A stretch of 62,118 nt of DNA, filler included. It is 8 parts of 8 records of this genome, joined end to end, with 100 filler letters (N's around TTAATTAATTAA, not from the genome) between each part and the next. Parts side by side here need not be neighbours in the genome. Positions count along the whole stretch, not along the records: positions 18,953 to 30,306 come from SRR31147125_66106; positions 30,407 to 45,018 come from SRR31147125_66398; 6 more parts are not named here. The stretch is one strand, 5' to 3'. The position numbers were made by a program, and so were the translations under genes. The notes beneath the pieces were generated by a model that saw nothing but the letters and a program-made list of their open reading frames with translations, searched no databases and was not told the DNA's origin. The first letter of the stretch is position 1. Each line of letters begins with the position of its first letter. Positions 28,629 to 41,101 of this stretch are shown here, in pieces.

Positions 28629-29589
28629 TTTTCCCTCCTGAACCTCTGGTGATGATTGCTGTACCCGCGATATTGACCAGTAGGGTAATCAACATCAGTA
28701 CGCATGCGGCGTACATCAGAACTTCAACCTCGTGGGGGCCCGCTTCCGGAAAGTTCAGGGCGAGCAGGGAGGCGAGCGTGTTCGCCGGTGAAAAGAGCGA
28801 CAGGCTGATCTGGTTCGAGTTACCGACCAGCATGGCGAGCGCCATCGTCTCACCGAGAGCGCGACCGAAGCCAAGCACCAGGGCGCCGAAAATACCGCCA
28901 GACGCGGTAGGCAGCATAACGCGGAGAATTGCCTCCCAGCGGGTGGTTCCCATCCCAAAGGCGGCCTCTTTCGTCTTGTGAGGGATCGCCCTCAACGCAT
29001 CCTGTGAGACCGCGGCGACGGTCGGCAGGATCATGATTGCGAGGACAAGTGCGGCCGGCGCCATACCCGGGCCGGCCAGGCTGGTCGAGAAGAACGGGAT
29101 CCAACCGAGGTAGGTGTTGAAGAAGTCGCACACGGGTCTGATAAGCGGGATCAGGACGAAAATACCCCAGAGTCCGTAGACAACGCTGGGGATTGCCGCA
29201 AGCAGCTCAACGATGGTTTTGAGGACAATTTCCACCCGGTGGGGGAGAAAGTCCTGGGTCACGAAAATAGCGATCGCGATACCGAAAAATCCGCCGAGGG
29301 CGAGGGCCAGGAGCGAACTGTAGAGTGTGCCCCAGATTTCTGGAAGTATCCCGAACTGCCCCGCATTGACGTCCCAGGTGGCAGACGTCAGGAAACCGAT
29401 ACCGTATTCGCCCATGGCCGGTATAGCTTTTCCGCCAATCTGGTATACGATAAAGGCAAGCAGCAGGATGGTTGCCCAGGTGAATATCCAGGTCAGTCCC
29501 CTGAAGGACTTGTCGAAGTATTTGTCACTCTGGCTTGGCGGTTTAGCCAATCCATCGGCGAACTCGAACTGGTGGTTGTTCATAGACAT
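28625..29589 (-). CDS. pstC: Phosphate ABC transporter permease PstC (stop probably lost to an A-run indel)
   Basis: ELLAAIPSVVYGLWG, GRALGETMA; RBS GGAG before ATG at 29589. Confidence 0.93.
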
Positions 29590-29607
29590 GACATGCTCCG
29601 CGAAGAG

Positions 29608-29632
29608 GGGGCGGCCCATAGAGGGCCGCCCC
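29608..29632 (-). other. GC-rich stem-loop between pstS and pstC
   Basis: GGGGCGGCCC-ataga-GGGCCGCCCC perfect 10-bp stem, no U-tract; likely an mRNA stabiliser. Confidence 0.6.
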
Positions 29633-29666
29633 GCTTTCATGTTGGGAAAATACGTATGGCAGCTGA

Positions 29667-30306
29667 TTACTGAATGTTCTCGGATGCAGCCCGGACGCGC
29701 TCTACGACGTTCGGCGGCAGCGGAATGTAGCCGGCCTTGTCGGAAATCTTCTGACCTTCGTCAAGACACCAGATGACCATTTTGCGCAGCGCTTCAGCCA
29801 TCTTCGGGTCTTCGTTCTTCTTATGGAAGATCATCCAGGTGTAGGTTGCGATCGGGTAGGACTCCTTGCCTGCCGGATCGGGCAGCCAGACGATCATGTT
29901 CTCCGGGATCTCGGCGTTGGCCAGTGCGTTTGCTCCACCCTCGGTACCCGGGGCAACGAAACCGCCGTCCTTGTTCTCGAGGCTGGCCATGGACAGCTTG
30001 GCCAGACGGGCGAAACCGTACTCGATGTATCCGATGGCGCCCGGGGTCTGTTTGATGGTGGCGGTTACGCCGTCATTCTTCGGCGATTTGACCAGTTTTG
30101 CTTCCTTCGGCCAGTTCACCGTCTTGCCCATACCCGGGCCGTCTTTGAAGTCTTCCGAGATCGTGGAGAGATGCTTGGTGAATACGTAGGTGGTTCCCGA
30201 GCTGTCAGCCCTGGCTACGACGGTGATGTCGGTGTCGGGGAGCTTGACGCCCGGATTCGCCTCTGCGATTACCGGATCGTTCCACTTCTTGATCTTGCCG
30301 AGGAAG
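29667..30306 (-). CDS. pstS: Phosphate-binding protein PstS, first copy, 5'-truncated
   Basis: RADSSGTT upstream in frame; GAIGYIEY, YPIATYTW, GYIPLP. Confidence 0.92.
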
Positions 30307-30406
30307 NNNNNNNNNNNNNNNNNNNNNNNNNNNNNNNNNNNNNNNNNNNNTTAATTAATTAANNNNNNNNNNNNNNNNNNNNNNNNNNNNNNNNNNNNNN
30401 NNNNNN

Positions 30407-33400
30407 AGGTTGATTCATCAGGACTACCGCCTCCTAGATAGGTATAATACTCTAATTGCAATCCGGCGTTCATGGTTGCATCAATATCACTTAAACTGCT
30501 CGAAGCACTGTTCCCATAAAAAAGATAGATATAATTGTTCCCCACCGAAACAGACGGAACTTCAACCCAAACAGTAGCAGAAGAAGATGTCGTATGTTCT
30601 TCTATCCAATAATCGAGAACTGTCCCATTCTCAAGGGAGAAACGAATATCGGAGAAATCAGTATTCATTTGCGAATCGTAGGAAACAGTCAGTTCAACCT
30701 GATAATTCGAAAGGCTCTCTGAACTAGCAATGGTAATGGGTTTATAAGTACAGTAGCCGGATAAATAAGTTGGGGCAGGCACCACAGCTGGCTCAGTAAT
30801 GTTAACATCAAAACTACATGTTACCGGATTTGTCCCATCAGTTGCTGTCCAGTCTACCGTTGTTGCTCCGGTATTAAATGTGACACCACTAAGAGAAGTT
30901 CCTGTTCCCGAAGTTGCACCACTCAATAAATAACTTATAGTTGTTGTTGTGCAATTATCGGTTGCTGTTATATCCCATGATGTCCCAGAATGAGTATAAC
31001 CTCCTGCAGATTCAATGTATTGAGTTGAAGGACATGAGGTGGTTAGACTGGGCGCAGTATCATCCGTAATTGTAACAGTTGCCTGACAAGTATTTGAATT
31101 TCCAGCCAAATCCTGAACGGTTAAAGTAATCGTATTATCGCCAATATGTGTACAATTAAAATCAGTTTGATCAAGAGAAAAATTAAATCAGACGGATCGG
31201 TGATTTCGGTATCTGAACTTCCATTGTTAACATCGCTTGCAGTAATTGAGACACTCCCTGTTGCATCGAGTGAAGCAGAGTAAGCCTGGCAAACTGCCGT
31301 AGGAGGTGTAAGGTCTTCTTTTCCACAAAGGATTACATTATCAAAATAATGGAATTCATCACCTGCGGACTCCCTTACATAAACACGAATTATAAGATTT
31401 TGTCCATACGAAATTGAAGAACTTGCAGTAGCTGAACTAAAATTCCCATCTAGATATCCGTTAGAGTCAAACTGAGTAAATGCACCACCATCTACAGAAT
31501 AATAAAAAGAAATTGAATCAACAAACGAAGAACTCTCTCCAAAGGTCTCCATATCCCCTGATTGTGATGCCTCAATTGAAACACTTAGGTCATAATAATC
31601 TGAAATATCGATTGAATTCGTTTGCCAATATTCACCTGATGTTAAATTCACAGCACGCATTTGACCACTTTGCACTGAGAAATTAGATCCTCCACCAGAA
31701 ACAGACCAATCCCCTGAAGTATTTGTAAAGTCTTCAGTCCATACCTCTACGTTACCTGCCGAACAAAGAGAAGGCGCAAGTACATTGTAGGTAACAGTAC
31801 AAGTAACCGGCGTTGTATTTCCATCATTGGCTGTCCAAACAACTACCTGACCATCAGAAATTGTTTGTCCGTTTAGAGTTGCCGTTCCTGTTAAGTCATT
31901 TATTACTGTTACTGAACAATTATCCGTTGCAGTCTGGTCATTGGAAGTATCTGGGAATGTATAATCAGATCCATTGTTTGCCGTTAGGTTTACAGACGTT
32001 GGACAAGCTGTGAATGTTGGCTGGGTAATATCTTCAACGGTAACAGTAGCTGTGCAGCTTGCGAAATTTGCAGCTTCGTCGGTCACTGTTAATGTAACTG
32101 TATTCGAACCAATTTCAGAACATGTAAATGAACTTACATCAAGTGAAAGGATCAGATTTCCTTGAGTTGTTATATTATCAGTACTCCCGTTATCAATTTG
32201 TGATGGATCAATCGTCACATTTCCTGTATTATCAAGCGAAACCGTAATATCCTGACAAACAGGAGTGGGATCAACAGTATCTACCCCACTGGCATCTGTA
32301 ACCACAACATCAAACTGACAAGTTGCTGTATTTCCTTCGCCATCAGTTGCAGTATAGGTTACAGTTGTCGTTCCTACGGAAAAACTAGAACCAGAGCTAT
32401 AGGTACTTACTAATGATCTGATACAACCATTCCCTGAGATAGAAGCTATTGGTTCAGTCCAGCTTACAACTACAGGATTCCCATCAGGAGAATCTGCGGT
32501 TACATCAGCAGAAGGGCAATTAGCAAATGTAATGGTGTTACTTGCCCAGAATCCCACATTAACAATTACAGTACATTGAACACTATTCCCGGAATCATCT
32601 GATATTGTCCACACAATTTCATCATCTTCGTAAAATTGCTCTCCAATTAAAGAATTAGTTCCATTAATATTATTTGTTATTGAGGAATTACAGTTATCAC
32701 CAAACCAAGAAGGATCTAATTCAGTTCCTGTTACTGTATGGAAACATTCGCCAGAATCGGGATCTACATAAACAGGTCCTCCAGGACAACTCACATTCGG
32801 ATCAGTATCATCAACAACAGAAAAATCGAAGAAGAAATCTTCAGAATTTCCGGCATTATCTACTGCTGTTAATGTAATTTGATGATCTCCTACATCTAGT
32901 CCTGTTCCACTTGATGGTGATTGCGTAATTACATCCCAATTACTAAAAGGAGTTGTGCAATTATCGGAATAAACCGCAATACCTATCAAATTGGGAACAT
33001 TCCCTTTGCACCCACCATCTGCACTTACAACATCAGTGTATGAACTAACAGTAACTACAGGCGGTGATACATCATCTGTTATTATTTCTGCATTGGTTTG
33101 ATACCAGTCTCCTCCAAATTCATAAACTGCGTAAAATGTTCCTGTTGTATTTGTGGTATAGCTTAAGCCTGTCTCTCCACTAAGCACATCCCCATCTTTA
33201 TACCAACTTATATTAGTTGCTCCTGCTTCTGAAATTGTTAAGTCTACAGTTCCTCCAGAACAAAGTTCATTTGATGAAGCAGATAAGGTATTTGCATCCA
33301 AAGTTGAGCTTTCCACTAAATCTTCATAAACTCCGGGTGGAAGTTCGTCTGGGTCAACATGCTCAACAAGGTCTTCGAAGTTACCAGCATCACAAATATC

Positions 33401-34054
33401 AGGATCCCCGGAATCTCCCCCTGTGGTTGTACCGTCATAATCCCCATCACAACCAGTAAAGTCATCCCAGTTTGAATCCACCGTTCCCATTACATATACA
33501 TGCGCATCAGTCGTTTCAATCGATCCTTGATTGTCAGATCCAGTCCTTTCAAAATCCCCAAACACAATAAAGTAGCTTGACAAATCAATCTTTACCTTAT
33601 TTGAAAAGGTTGCTGAGCCATAAATAATAACCTGAGCATCCGATCCGGTAATTAATTCGGGGTAATTATTCGCCATATCAAAATTACCGTGAATGATTAA
33701 AGTACCATTAACGATAAGAATACCGTTGCTTGCAATATATAATGCATCAACTTCAACCGTAGTTCCAGAAGGAATTGTAATTACATCATCTACTGTAGCA
33801 ATATCGCCAATTGTTGGAACATTTCCAGTATTCCACACTGAAGTACTCCCCCAGTTTCCATCACTAACCGACTGGATGTTTGCAGAAAAAGAAGAGATTG
33901 TTATCCCCAAAAAGAAAACTACAAAAAACAACAGCTTAAAGGATACAATCCTACCTAAAAGAATATTTAGGATTTTATAGAAAGAATATTTTTTATTATC
34001 GTAGCAGCAATACCCCATGAACAGTACTTTGACCTGAATTAGTTCAACAATCAA
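30407..34054 (-). CDS. Large secreted HYR/Ig-repeat protein with DUF2341-like domain (frameshift near 31160, 3'-truncated)
   Basis: Repeated D...P...C..D..DNC..GTTTVTYTATD..GN..TC units; DFSDIRF..LDYWIE (DUF2341). Confidence 0.82.
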
Positions 34055-34162
34055 TCCCCCAAAACCTCACCCATATTAAAACTGTTGTAAAAATAAGAGT
34101 TTAGATTAATCCACAAACTGCCAATTATCAAATCAAGCACTAGGCCTATCAAACCGTACGTG

Positions 34163-34170
34163 CAAAGATA
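34163..34170 (-). promoter_or_regulatory. Bacteroidota -7 promoter box (others: 41058-41065 minus, 42792-42799 plus, 44370-44377 plus)
   Basis: TAnnTTTG matches (TATCTTTG, TACCTTTG, TACATTTG, TAAATTTG) upstream of the HYR, tyrS, GH3 and dNK genes. Confidence 0.6.
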
Positions 34171-34185
34171 CGAAAGTTTTATTGT

Positions 34186-34941
34186 TTACAACCTGGTGTG
34201 CAACAGCTTATTTAACAATTCGTCTTTATATTTTGGAGATACCTTTAAATGCGCCTTATTGCCCATTTCAACTATACCTCCATCAGTTTTCAAATAACGA
34301 CAAACGCAATTCAGGTTTACAAGGTGGGAACGATGAATTCTACAAAATCCATGTGGAACTAAAAGTTGGTCAAATTCAAGCAATGTACGACTAATTAAAA
34401 CAGAGGTTTCATCTTTATAAAAAACACGGGTGTAGTTACGTTCACCTTCGCATCGAACAATGTTATCAACTTTAATAATTGCAAAACCGTTCATTTCAGG
34501 TAACGCAATAGTAGCACCTGTTTGAAAATCTTGTTTTTCTATGCTCTTATTAATGGCATTAACAATTTGCTTTTCTTGAAGAATCGGAATTTCAGTAATT
34601 CGGCTAATTGTTGAATTAATGTTCTCAAGCAATACCGGTTTTACAAGGTAATCAAAAGCAGAGTATTTAAAAGCCTTAATCGCATAATCAGTATGAGAAG
34701 TAGTAAATACCAGTTTAAAATTCACATCAGGCAGTTGCTCAATTAAACCAAAACCGGTACCATCAGGCATCTCAATATCTAAAAAAACCAGGTCCGGTTT
34801 TTCGTCAGTAATTAGCTCTAGTCCCGACTTTACCGAATTAGCTACACCAAGAAGCTGAATTTCAGGGAAATTCGAGCTCAAGATCCGGGACAAAACCCTA
34901 CTTGCCAATTGATCATCATCTACGATTACAGTTCGGTACAT
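34186..34941 (-). CDS. LytTR-family response regulator
   Basis: IVDDD..DLVFLDIEMP..DYLVKP receiver; FCRIHRSHLVN LytTR domain. Confidence 0.93.
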   Translation of the reverse strand: MYRTVIVDDDQLASRVLSRILSSNFPEIQLLGVANSVKSGLELITDEKPDLVFLDIEMPDGTGFGLIEQLPDVNFKLVFTTSHTDYAIKAFKYSAFDYLVKPVLLENINSTISRITEIPILQEKQIVNAINKSIEKQDFQTGATIALPEMNGFAIIKVDNIVRCEGERNYTRVFYKDETSVLISRTLLEFDQLLVPHGFCRIHRSHLVNLNCVCRYLKTDGGIVEMGNKAHLKVSPKYKDELLNKLLHTRL

Positions 34942-35096
34942 ACATCCTATTCTTTTGTATGTTTAAAGCTACTAAAAAAAGCACCCCTATTCTAAACAAA
35001 AAATCAATACTTGCTAACAATCTAACAATAGTTTTAGACAAAAAACAATTTGCAATATTTGATGTTAATATCTTATTTTGCGATAAAATTAATTGA

Positions 35097-35810
35097 ATGG
35101 CACTAATTATAAATTTAGAATCGTCAACTGAAGTGTGTAGCGTATCTCTGTCTAAAGACGGGAAGTTGGTTGATTCTATAGAAAACAACGAAGGGCTGAA
35201 TCATGCCAGGTTACTAAGCGTATTCGCCAACGACATAATGGAACGTAACCAATTGGGTTTTCAACAATTAGACGCCATTGCTGTTAGCAAAGGACCTGGT
35301 TCATACACCGGATTACGCATTGGCGCATCTCTTGCCAAAGGAATTTGCTACGGTAGCAACATCCCTTTAATTGCAATTAGCCCATTAAAAGCAATGGCAT
35401 CTCACATATCGCAAAACTTAAGCAAATATGACATTGAGGATTCATCAAATCTGCTTCTTTGCCCAATGATTGATGCTCGAAGAATGGAAGTATACACCGC
35501 CTTGTATAATAGTTCATTAAACGAAGTTCTACCAGTAAATGCTCAAATTATAGATGAAAACTCTTTTTCGAAATACTTGAAAGATAAAAAAGTAGTTTTT
35601 TTCGGCAATGGCTCATTAAAATGTTCCGATCAAATTTCTTCACCAAATGCCATCTTCATAGAGGGCATTAAAACTTCGGCACAGTTTATGTGTTCTCTCT
35701 CATACAAAGCTTTTGAAAACAATGATTTTGTGGACTTGGCTTATTTTGAACCCTTTTACTTAAAAGATTTCATTGCCGGAGTTCCGAAAAAGAACATTTT
35801 GAAAACATGA
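35097..35810 (+). CDS. tsaB: tRNA threonylcarbamoyladenosine biosynthesis protein TsaB
   Basis: GPGSYTGLRIG, PMIDARRMEVY and EPFYLK motifs. Confidence 0.95.
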   Translation: MALIINLESSTEVCSVSLSKDGKLVDSIENNEGLNHARLLSVFANDIMERNQLGFQQLDAIAVSKGPGSYTGLRIGASLAKGICYGSNIPLIAISPLKAMASHISQNLSKYDIEDSSNLLLCPMIDARRMEVYTALYNSSLNEVLPVNAQIIDENSFSKYLKDKKVVFFGNGSLKCSDQISSPNAIFIEGIKTSAQFMCSLSYKAFENNDFVDLAYFEPFYLKDFIAGVPKKNILKT

Positions 35811-36541
35811 AACAATTATTCGCTATCACATTTCTTTTACTTTCCATTGTTGCTAGCTCGCAACCAATTGAAGAAATGGAGTATTTTATTCGATTTGGTT
35901 TTATTCGCGGAGGAAAAGCAACTCTAACATCAAAAGACACGACCTATAATAACTCTAAGGCTGTGCACTATTATATGTCAGCCCAAACTGTAGGTCTACC
36001 AAATACACTTTTCCCAGTACACGACATCTATGAAAGTATTGTAAATCCAGACAACTATCTTCCTTACAAATCCGTTCGAAACATAAAAGAACAAAGTTAT
36101 CGATATTACAATGAAGCTTTTTTCTATCATGAAAATGATTCACTATACAGCCAAAGATCCGGCGGAAGAATTGTACCTCCTAAAATTGTAGATATTATAA
36201 CTGTATTTTTCTACCTAAGACAAAATAGCCTGCTGGATAAACTTGACCATGGAGAAGAATTTGATGTTCCTGTTTTTCATGCTGACGAACATTTCATGAT
36301 GACTGTTAAATATCTTGGGAAAGAAAAGATTAATTCTGGGTTTGGAAAAGTTGAATGCCATGTTATTTCACCACGCGTAAAGAAAGGTAAAGTGCTAAAA
36401 CGATCTGATGGCTTAAAATTTTACATTTCTAACGACAGTAACAAAATCCCTCTCCTTCTAGAATTCGACATGCGGGTGGGTGCACTCAAGTGCATTTTAA
36501 AATCATACAAACAAAATGGGATTGAACGAATTATAAATTAA
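35807..36541 (+). CDS. DUF3108-domain protein
   Basis: Signal peptide; V.D.YES..PYKSVRNI.E..Y; ISND.NKIPL. Confidence 0.72.
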   Translation: MKQLFAITFLLLSIVASSQPIEEMEYFIRFGFIRGGKATLTSKDTTYNNSKAVHYYMSAQTVGLPNTLFPVHDIYESIVNPDNYLPYKSVRNIKEQSYRYYNEAFFYHENDSLYSQRSGGRIVPPKIVDIITVFFYLRQNSLLDKLDHGEEFDVPVFHADEHFMMTVKYLGKEKINSGFGKVECHVISPRVKKGKVLKRSDGLKFYISNDSNKIPLLLEFDMRVGALKCILKSYKQNGIERIIN

Positions 36542-36638
36542 TCCCATTCCTTAAGATATTTTACAAATTTCAGTTTTGGAATACTGGTGCTTAAATGCTT
36601 AATTTGCACAATTATTCGGAAACTAATACAATTTAAAT

Positions 36639-37208
36639 ATGGCTTCAACAGCAGACATTAAAAATGGCTTAACCATTAATTACAATGGACAACTTTTCAC
36701 CGTTATCGAATTCTTACATGTAAAACCAGGAAAAGGTGCTGCATTTGTTCGCACAAAACTGAAAAATGTTAAAACCGGTAAGGTAATTGAAAACACATTC
36801 AATGCCGGTGTTAAAATAGAAACTGTACGTATTGAAAGAAGACCTTATCAATATCTTTATAAAGATGACATGGGTTGTAATTTTATGAATACAGAAACGT
36901 ACGAGCAATTTCCTATTGACCCGGAGATGATTCAAAACGTTGATCTGATGAAAGAAGGGCAAATCATTGAAATCAATTTCCATGTTGACACTGAGACTCC
37001 ACTAACTGCGGTACTTCCTGCTTCTGTTGAGTTGGAAGTTACATACACTATTCCAGGAGAAAAAGGAAATACTGCAAGCTCTACTGCGTTAAAACCAGCA
37101 ACAGTTGAAACTGGGGCAGAAATTATGGTTCCACTATTCATCAACGAAGGAGATATTATAAAGGTTGATACTAGCAACCGCTCTTACAGCGAACGTGTAA
37201 AGAAATAA
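36639..37208 (+). CDS. efp: Elongation factor P
   Basis: HVKPGKGAAFVRTKLKN and KPATVETG..VPLFI motifs. Confidence 0.97.
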   Translation: MASTADIKNGLTINYNGQLFTVIEFLHVKPGKGAAFVRTKLKNVKTGKVIENTFNAGVKIETVRIERRPYQYLYKDDMGCNFMNTETYEQFPIDPEMIQNVDLMKEGQIIEINFHVDTETPLTAVLPASVELEVTYTIPGEKGNTASSTALKPATVETGAEIMVPLFINEGDIIKVDTSNRSYSERVKK

Positions 37209-37231
37209 ATTTCATGAAAAATTGAAATGGG

Positions 37232-37258
37232 AAAGCTCGGGAAACCGGGCTTTTTTTT
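37232..37258 (+). terminator. Intrinsic terminator after efp
   Basis: AAAGCTCGG-gaaa-CCGGGCTTTTTTTT. Confidence 0.85.
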
Positions 37259-37276
37259 GCGAAGAAACTAATCCAC

Positions 37277-38718
37277 TTAATTCTTAGTCAACATTTTCCC
37301 TTTTGTATAAAAATCAAATGCAATTATGATTGCCACACAAGACCAAAAGGGAATAGAAGCCTTGTCTGTATCCAGAAAGTTATTTAGAAATCCATGCACA
37401 AGGTATGTTACCAAAGCTACAATTGCAGATAAAACAATTAGTTTTATTTCCCGATCATCAGCTCTACTATAGACATGAACTCCTTTATTTAGAACAACAA
37501 TTATCAAGAATAAAAAACTAAGCATCCCAACTAAGCCCGATTCGGCCAACGGACCAAGATACTCACTATGAGCATTTCCCCGATCTGCAGAATTGGTACT
37601 AATAATTGTTCGGTTTTTGGTTAATTGAAAAGAAGCATACTGAAACATATAAGTCCCAGGGCCCCATCCCAAAAGTGGTTTTCCTTAAACATCCGAATTG
37701 CACAGTTCCACCTATTTATCCGCTCAAGGTTCGAGGCATCAGTGGTAACATTAGTCATTGAAGATACGTGTGTTCCCAGATTTGCCGATGATTCCTGATC
37801 ATTTCGCTCCAGCATTGTTAAAATTCGAGACTGAAATATCAACACAATAGCCAAAATCGAAACCGTTGTTATAAATAGTGGTCTAAATCTTAATTTCAAC
37901 TTGATTATTGCCCAAACTCCTGCGCCAGCAATCAAACTCAACCATGCTGCACGACTGTATGATAAAATGAGTGCTGCAACAATCAGTGATAACGCAATAC
38001 CTGCCACAACTCTGTATTTTGATGCAAAGCCTTTAAAAGAAGTTATTCCTATTAAAAATGGAACAAAAAATGCCAGCATTGCCCCATAAGAAGTATGATC
38101 TTTATAAAAAGGATTCATTACAAAATGAGCCGTTTGAGTGTTATGAAACCCTGATGCAAAATGCCTTGTCCAGGCATATCCAATCACTAGAATAAATGCA
38201 GCTGAATAAAGTGCGATAAACCAGTAAATATTCTTCTTGTCTTCATACAATTTAATACCCAGAAAATAAAAGGCTACTAAAAACCAGATTTTTGAAAGCC
38301 AAAATTTCAACGAAACTACTGGCATTGTACTGGTAAAGGACGTTAAAAGCATCCATGCCATGTAAAACCAAAGGGCAAGCGTTATTGGATGAACAAGTAT
38401 CTTCCTGTCAAAACCTCTATTCTCAACTAACTTGAAAATAAAAAGTAGCAATACACCAACCAGCAATGGTTCGGTTGGTAAATACATATCAAAAGTAAGC
38501 TCTGGAAACAATTCGCGTAATGGCAAAGACAATGGTGTGAGGAAAACAATGGTCAACAACAACTTATCCATTTTAAACACAGCAGTAAATACCAATGCTA
38601 AAAATACTGGAAGTACATTTACAAGTAAGCTTTCTTTTTTTACAACAAAAAAAACATTCAGCAATAAAAAGAGGACTGAAACAATGTAAAAAAGGAGTAT
38701 TTTATTGCGCCTGGTCAA
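37277..38718 (-). CDS. O-antigen ligase/Wzy_C family membrane protein (frameshift near 37675)
   Basis: SYSRAAW, SNLERINRW..AI.M; the second ORF continues GWGPGTY..AHSEYL..LAESG. Confidence 0.85.
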
Positions 38719-38723
38719 AAGCT

Positions 38724-39677
38724 TTATGATTTTGATTTTGACATTCCTTCCAATAAGTATGCTGCAATTAGTGCTAAAAACTCAGTTGCCAACAAACTTA
38801 CAAACACAATTAGCCAGCGGGTTGGATACGATTTTTTATCAGCAGGAAATGGTTCTTCAACAACCATGGTATAGGTTTCCTTTTTATTCACCTGACTTAA
38901 GGCTTTATCTAATCGGCGATTTATAGTGTCTCGCTGGATCTCCAGAGCCTCAAGAGCTCGTTGATAGAGAAAAAATTCTCCTCCCTTTTCAGCCAGATTA
39001 TCCAATCGTTTTTGAATATCAGCGATAGCAGTTCTACTAGCACCCCGCGCAAGTGCATCGGTATAACCTTGAGTTAATTGTTGAGCCTGAGCTTCATATT
39101 CAAGCATGCCGTAATTCCTCCTCAACACTTCCATCTTTGAGCTAATCGAATCAATTTCAGACATCTTACGCACCAAATCAGTTTCATAGGTTTGTGCACG
39201 CTCAGCATATTTCTGCTTATGGATAACCTGCACCTTACGATTATAAAAAACAATAATCGAATCAACAATATTACATGCTACTTGCGGATCAGCATCAAGT
39301 GCCTCAAGTTCGATAGATTCATATTCTGTCTTTTTACTTTGAACCCGATCGTTGTATTTACGAAGCATCTTAGTTTGAAAATATGCATCATCTTTTTTAA
39401 TCTCAAACCGATCTTCAAGATTAAACGATTCAATCACCTGTCGTTTAATATCAGTTGAATTGAAAATCTCAACCATTTGCTCACTTTCCGATTCTTCTGA
39501 GTATGAAGTTGTATTGGTCGGATAAATACGAGCCTGAGATTTATACAATGGCGTTATAAAATAGGGCGATGAAAAAATAGCAGAAACAACAACTGCGATT
39601 ATCCCAACAATAATCAGGTGGGTTTTCCATTTCCATATAAGTTCGAAAAGCCCTTGATTGTCAAAAAAATTCTTCAT
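38724..39677 (-). CDS. Wzz/FepE-like chain-length determinant
   Basis: N- and C-terminal TM helices, PLYKSQA, coiled coil, PADKKSYPTRWLIV. Confidence 0.82.
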   Translation of the reverse strand: MKNFFDNQGLFELIWKWKTHLIIVGIIAVVVSAIFSSPYFITPLYKSQARIYPTNTTSYSEESESEQMVEIFNSTDIKRQVIESFNLEDRFEIKKDDAYFQTKMLRKYNDRVQSKKTEYESIELEALDADPQVACNIVDSIIVFYNRKVQVIHKQKYAERAQTYETDLVRKMSEIDSISSKMEVLRRNYGMLEYEAQAQQLTQGYTDALARGASRTAIADIQKRLDNLAEKGGEFFLYQRALEALEIQRDTINRRLDKALSQVNKKETYTMVVEEPFPADKKSYPTRWLIVFVSLLATEFLALIAAYLLEGMSKSKS

Positions 39678-39748
39678 AAAGGTGTGCTTGATTGGTCGTA
39701 ATACTTCAACGAGATTTAGTTTCCTTTATTATGATGAAACCCAAAGAA

Positions 39749-41041
39749 TTATTGTGCAATAATTAAGAAATAATTCTTCTTACCTTTTTGTGCGAGTATG
39801 AACTTATTCCCAATTAAAAAATCATTATTTACTATTAATTCCGGATTTGAAATTTTTTCTTTATTAATGCTAAGTCCATTTCCTTTAATCGTACGGCGTA
39901 ATTCACCCTTAGATGGAAAAACGGATGTATCTTCTGCAAGTAAATCGATTACATTAATTCCTTCAGATAACTTTTCTTTACTGATTGTAAATTGAGGAAC
40001 GCCCTCGAAAACAGAAAGGAAGGTTTGCTCGTCTAGCTTTTTTAAATTTTCAGCAGTTCCCCGTCCAAATAAAATTTGCGATGCCTCAACAGCCATTTCA
40101 TAATCTTCACGAGAGTGCACCATAACCGTTACTTCTTCAGCAAGTTTCTTCTGAAGTTCACGCATGTGTGGTGCTTCTACATGTTTTGCCACCAGTTCTT
40201 CAACATCTTCTTTTGTCAACAGAGTGAATATCCTTATATACTTCTCAGCATCCTCATCTGAAGTATTCAACCAGAATTGGTAGAATTTATAGGGTGAAGT
40301 CAATTTAGAATCCAACCAAACATTACCACTTTCGGTTTTCCCAAACTTAGTTCCGTCTGCTTTTTTTATTAGCGGACAAGTTAATGCAAAAGCTTCGCCA
40401 CTTTCTTTTCGGCGAATTAACTCAGTTCCAGTAGTAATATTCCCCCATTGATCCGAACCTCCCATTTGAAGTCGACAGTTTTTCTCACGATACAAATGCA
40501 GAAAGTCTGTTCCCTGAACCAATTGATATGTAAATTCGGTGAAAGACATCCCCGTTTTGGATTCTTCACCAAGGCGTTTCTTTACACTTTCCTTGGCCAT
40601 CATGTAATTTACGGTAAGATGTTTGCCAATATCGCGAATAAACTCAAGAAAACTATATTCTTTCATCCAATCGTAATTATTAACCAACTCTGCAGCATTT
40701 GGAGCATCCGATTCAAAATCAAGAAACTTCGCCAACTGCTTTTTTAAACAGTTTTCATTATGTCGCAATGTTTCTTCATCTAACAAATTACGTTCTTGCG
40801 ATTTACCTGACGGATCACCAATCATTCCTGTTGCACCTCCTACCAATGCGATGGGCTTATGACCTGCCAATTGGAAGTGTTTCAGCATCATCACACTAAC
40901 CAGATGCCCAATATGTAGTGAGTCTGCGGTTGGATCAATACCAACATACGCAGCTGTTAATTCTTTTTCAAGCTGTTCTTTTGTTCCAGGCATCATGTCA
41001 TGGATCATGCCCCTCCAGGTAAGTTCGTCAACAAAGTTCAT
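39749..41041 (-). CDS. tyrS: Tyrosine-tRNA ligase
   Basis: [27 protein letters not shown] and C-terminal S4 domain. Confidence 0.98.
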   Translation of the reverse strand: MNFVDELTWRGMIHDMMPGTKEQLEKELTAAYVGIDPTADSLHIGHLVSVMMLKHFQLAGHKPIALVGGATGMIGDPSGKSQERNLLDEETLRHNENCLKKQLAKFLDFESDAPNAAELVNNYDWMKEYSFLEFIRDIGKHLTVNYMMAKESVKKRLGEESKTGMSFTEFTYQLVQGTDFLHLYREKNCRLQMGGSDQWGNITTGTELIRRKESGEAFALTCPLIKKADGTKFGKTESGNVWLDSKLTSPYKFYQFWLNTSDEDAEKYIRIFTLLTKEDVEELVAKHVEAPHMRELQKKLAEEVTVMVHSREDYEMAVEASQILFGRGTAENLKKLDEQTFLSVFEGVPQFTISKEKLSEGINVIDLLAEDTSVFPSKGELRRTIKGNGLSINKEKISNPELIVNNDFLIGNKFILAQKGKKNYFLIIAQ

Positions 41042-41101
41042 GGTAAAAAATTTTCGGCAAAGGTATAAAATGATCTCAAGCAAACAGGATGATCAGACTG
41101 A

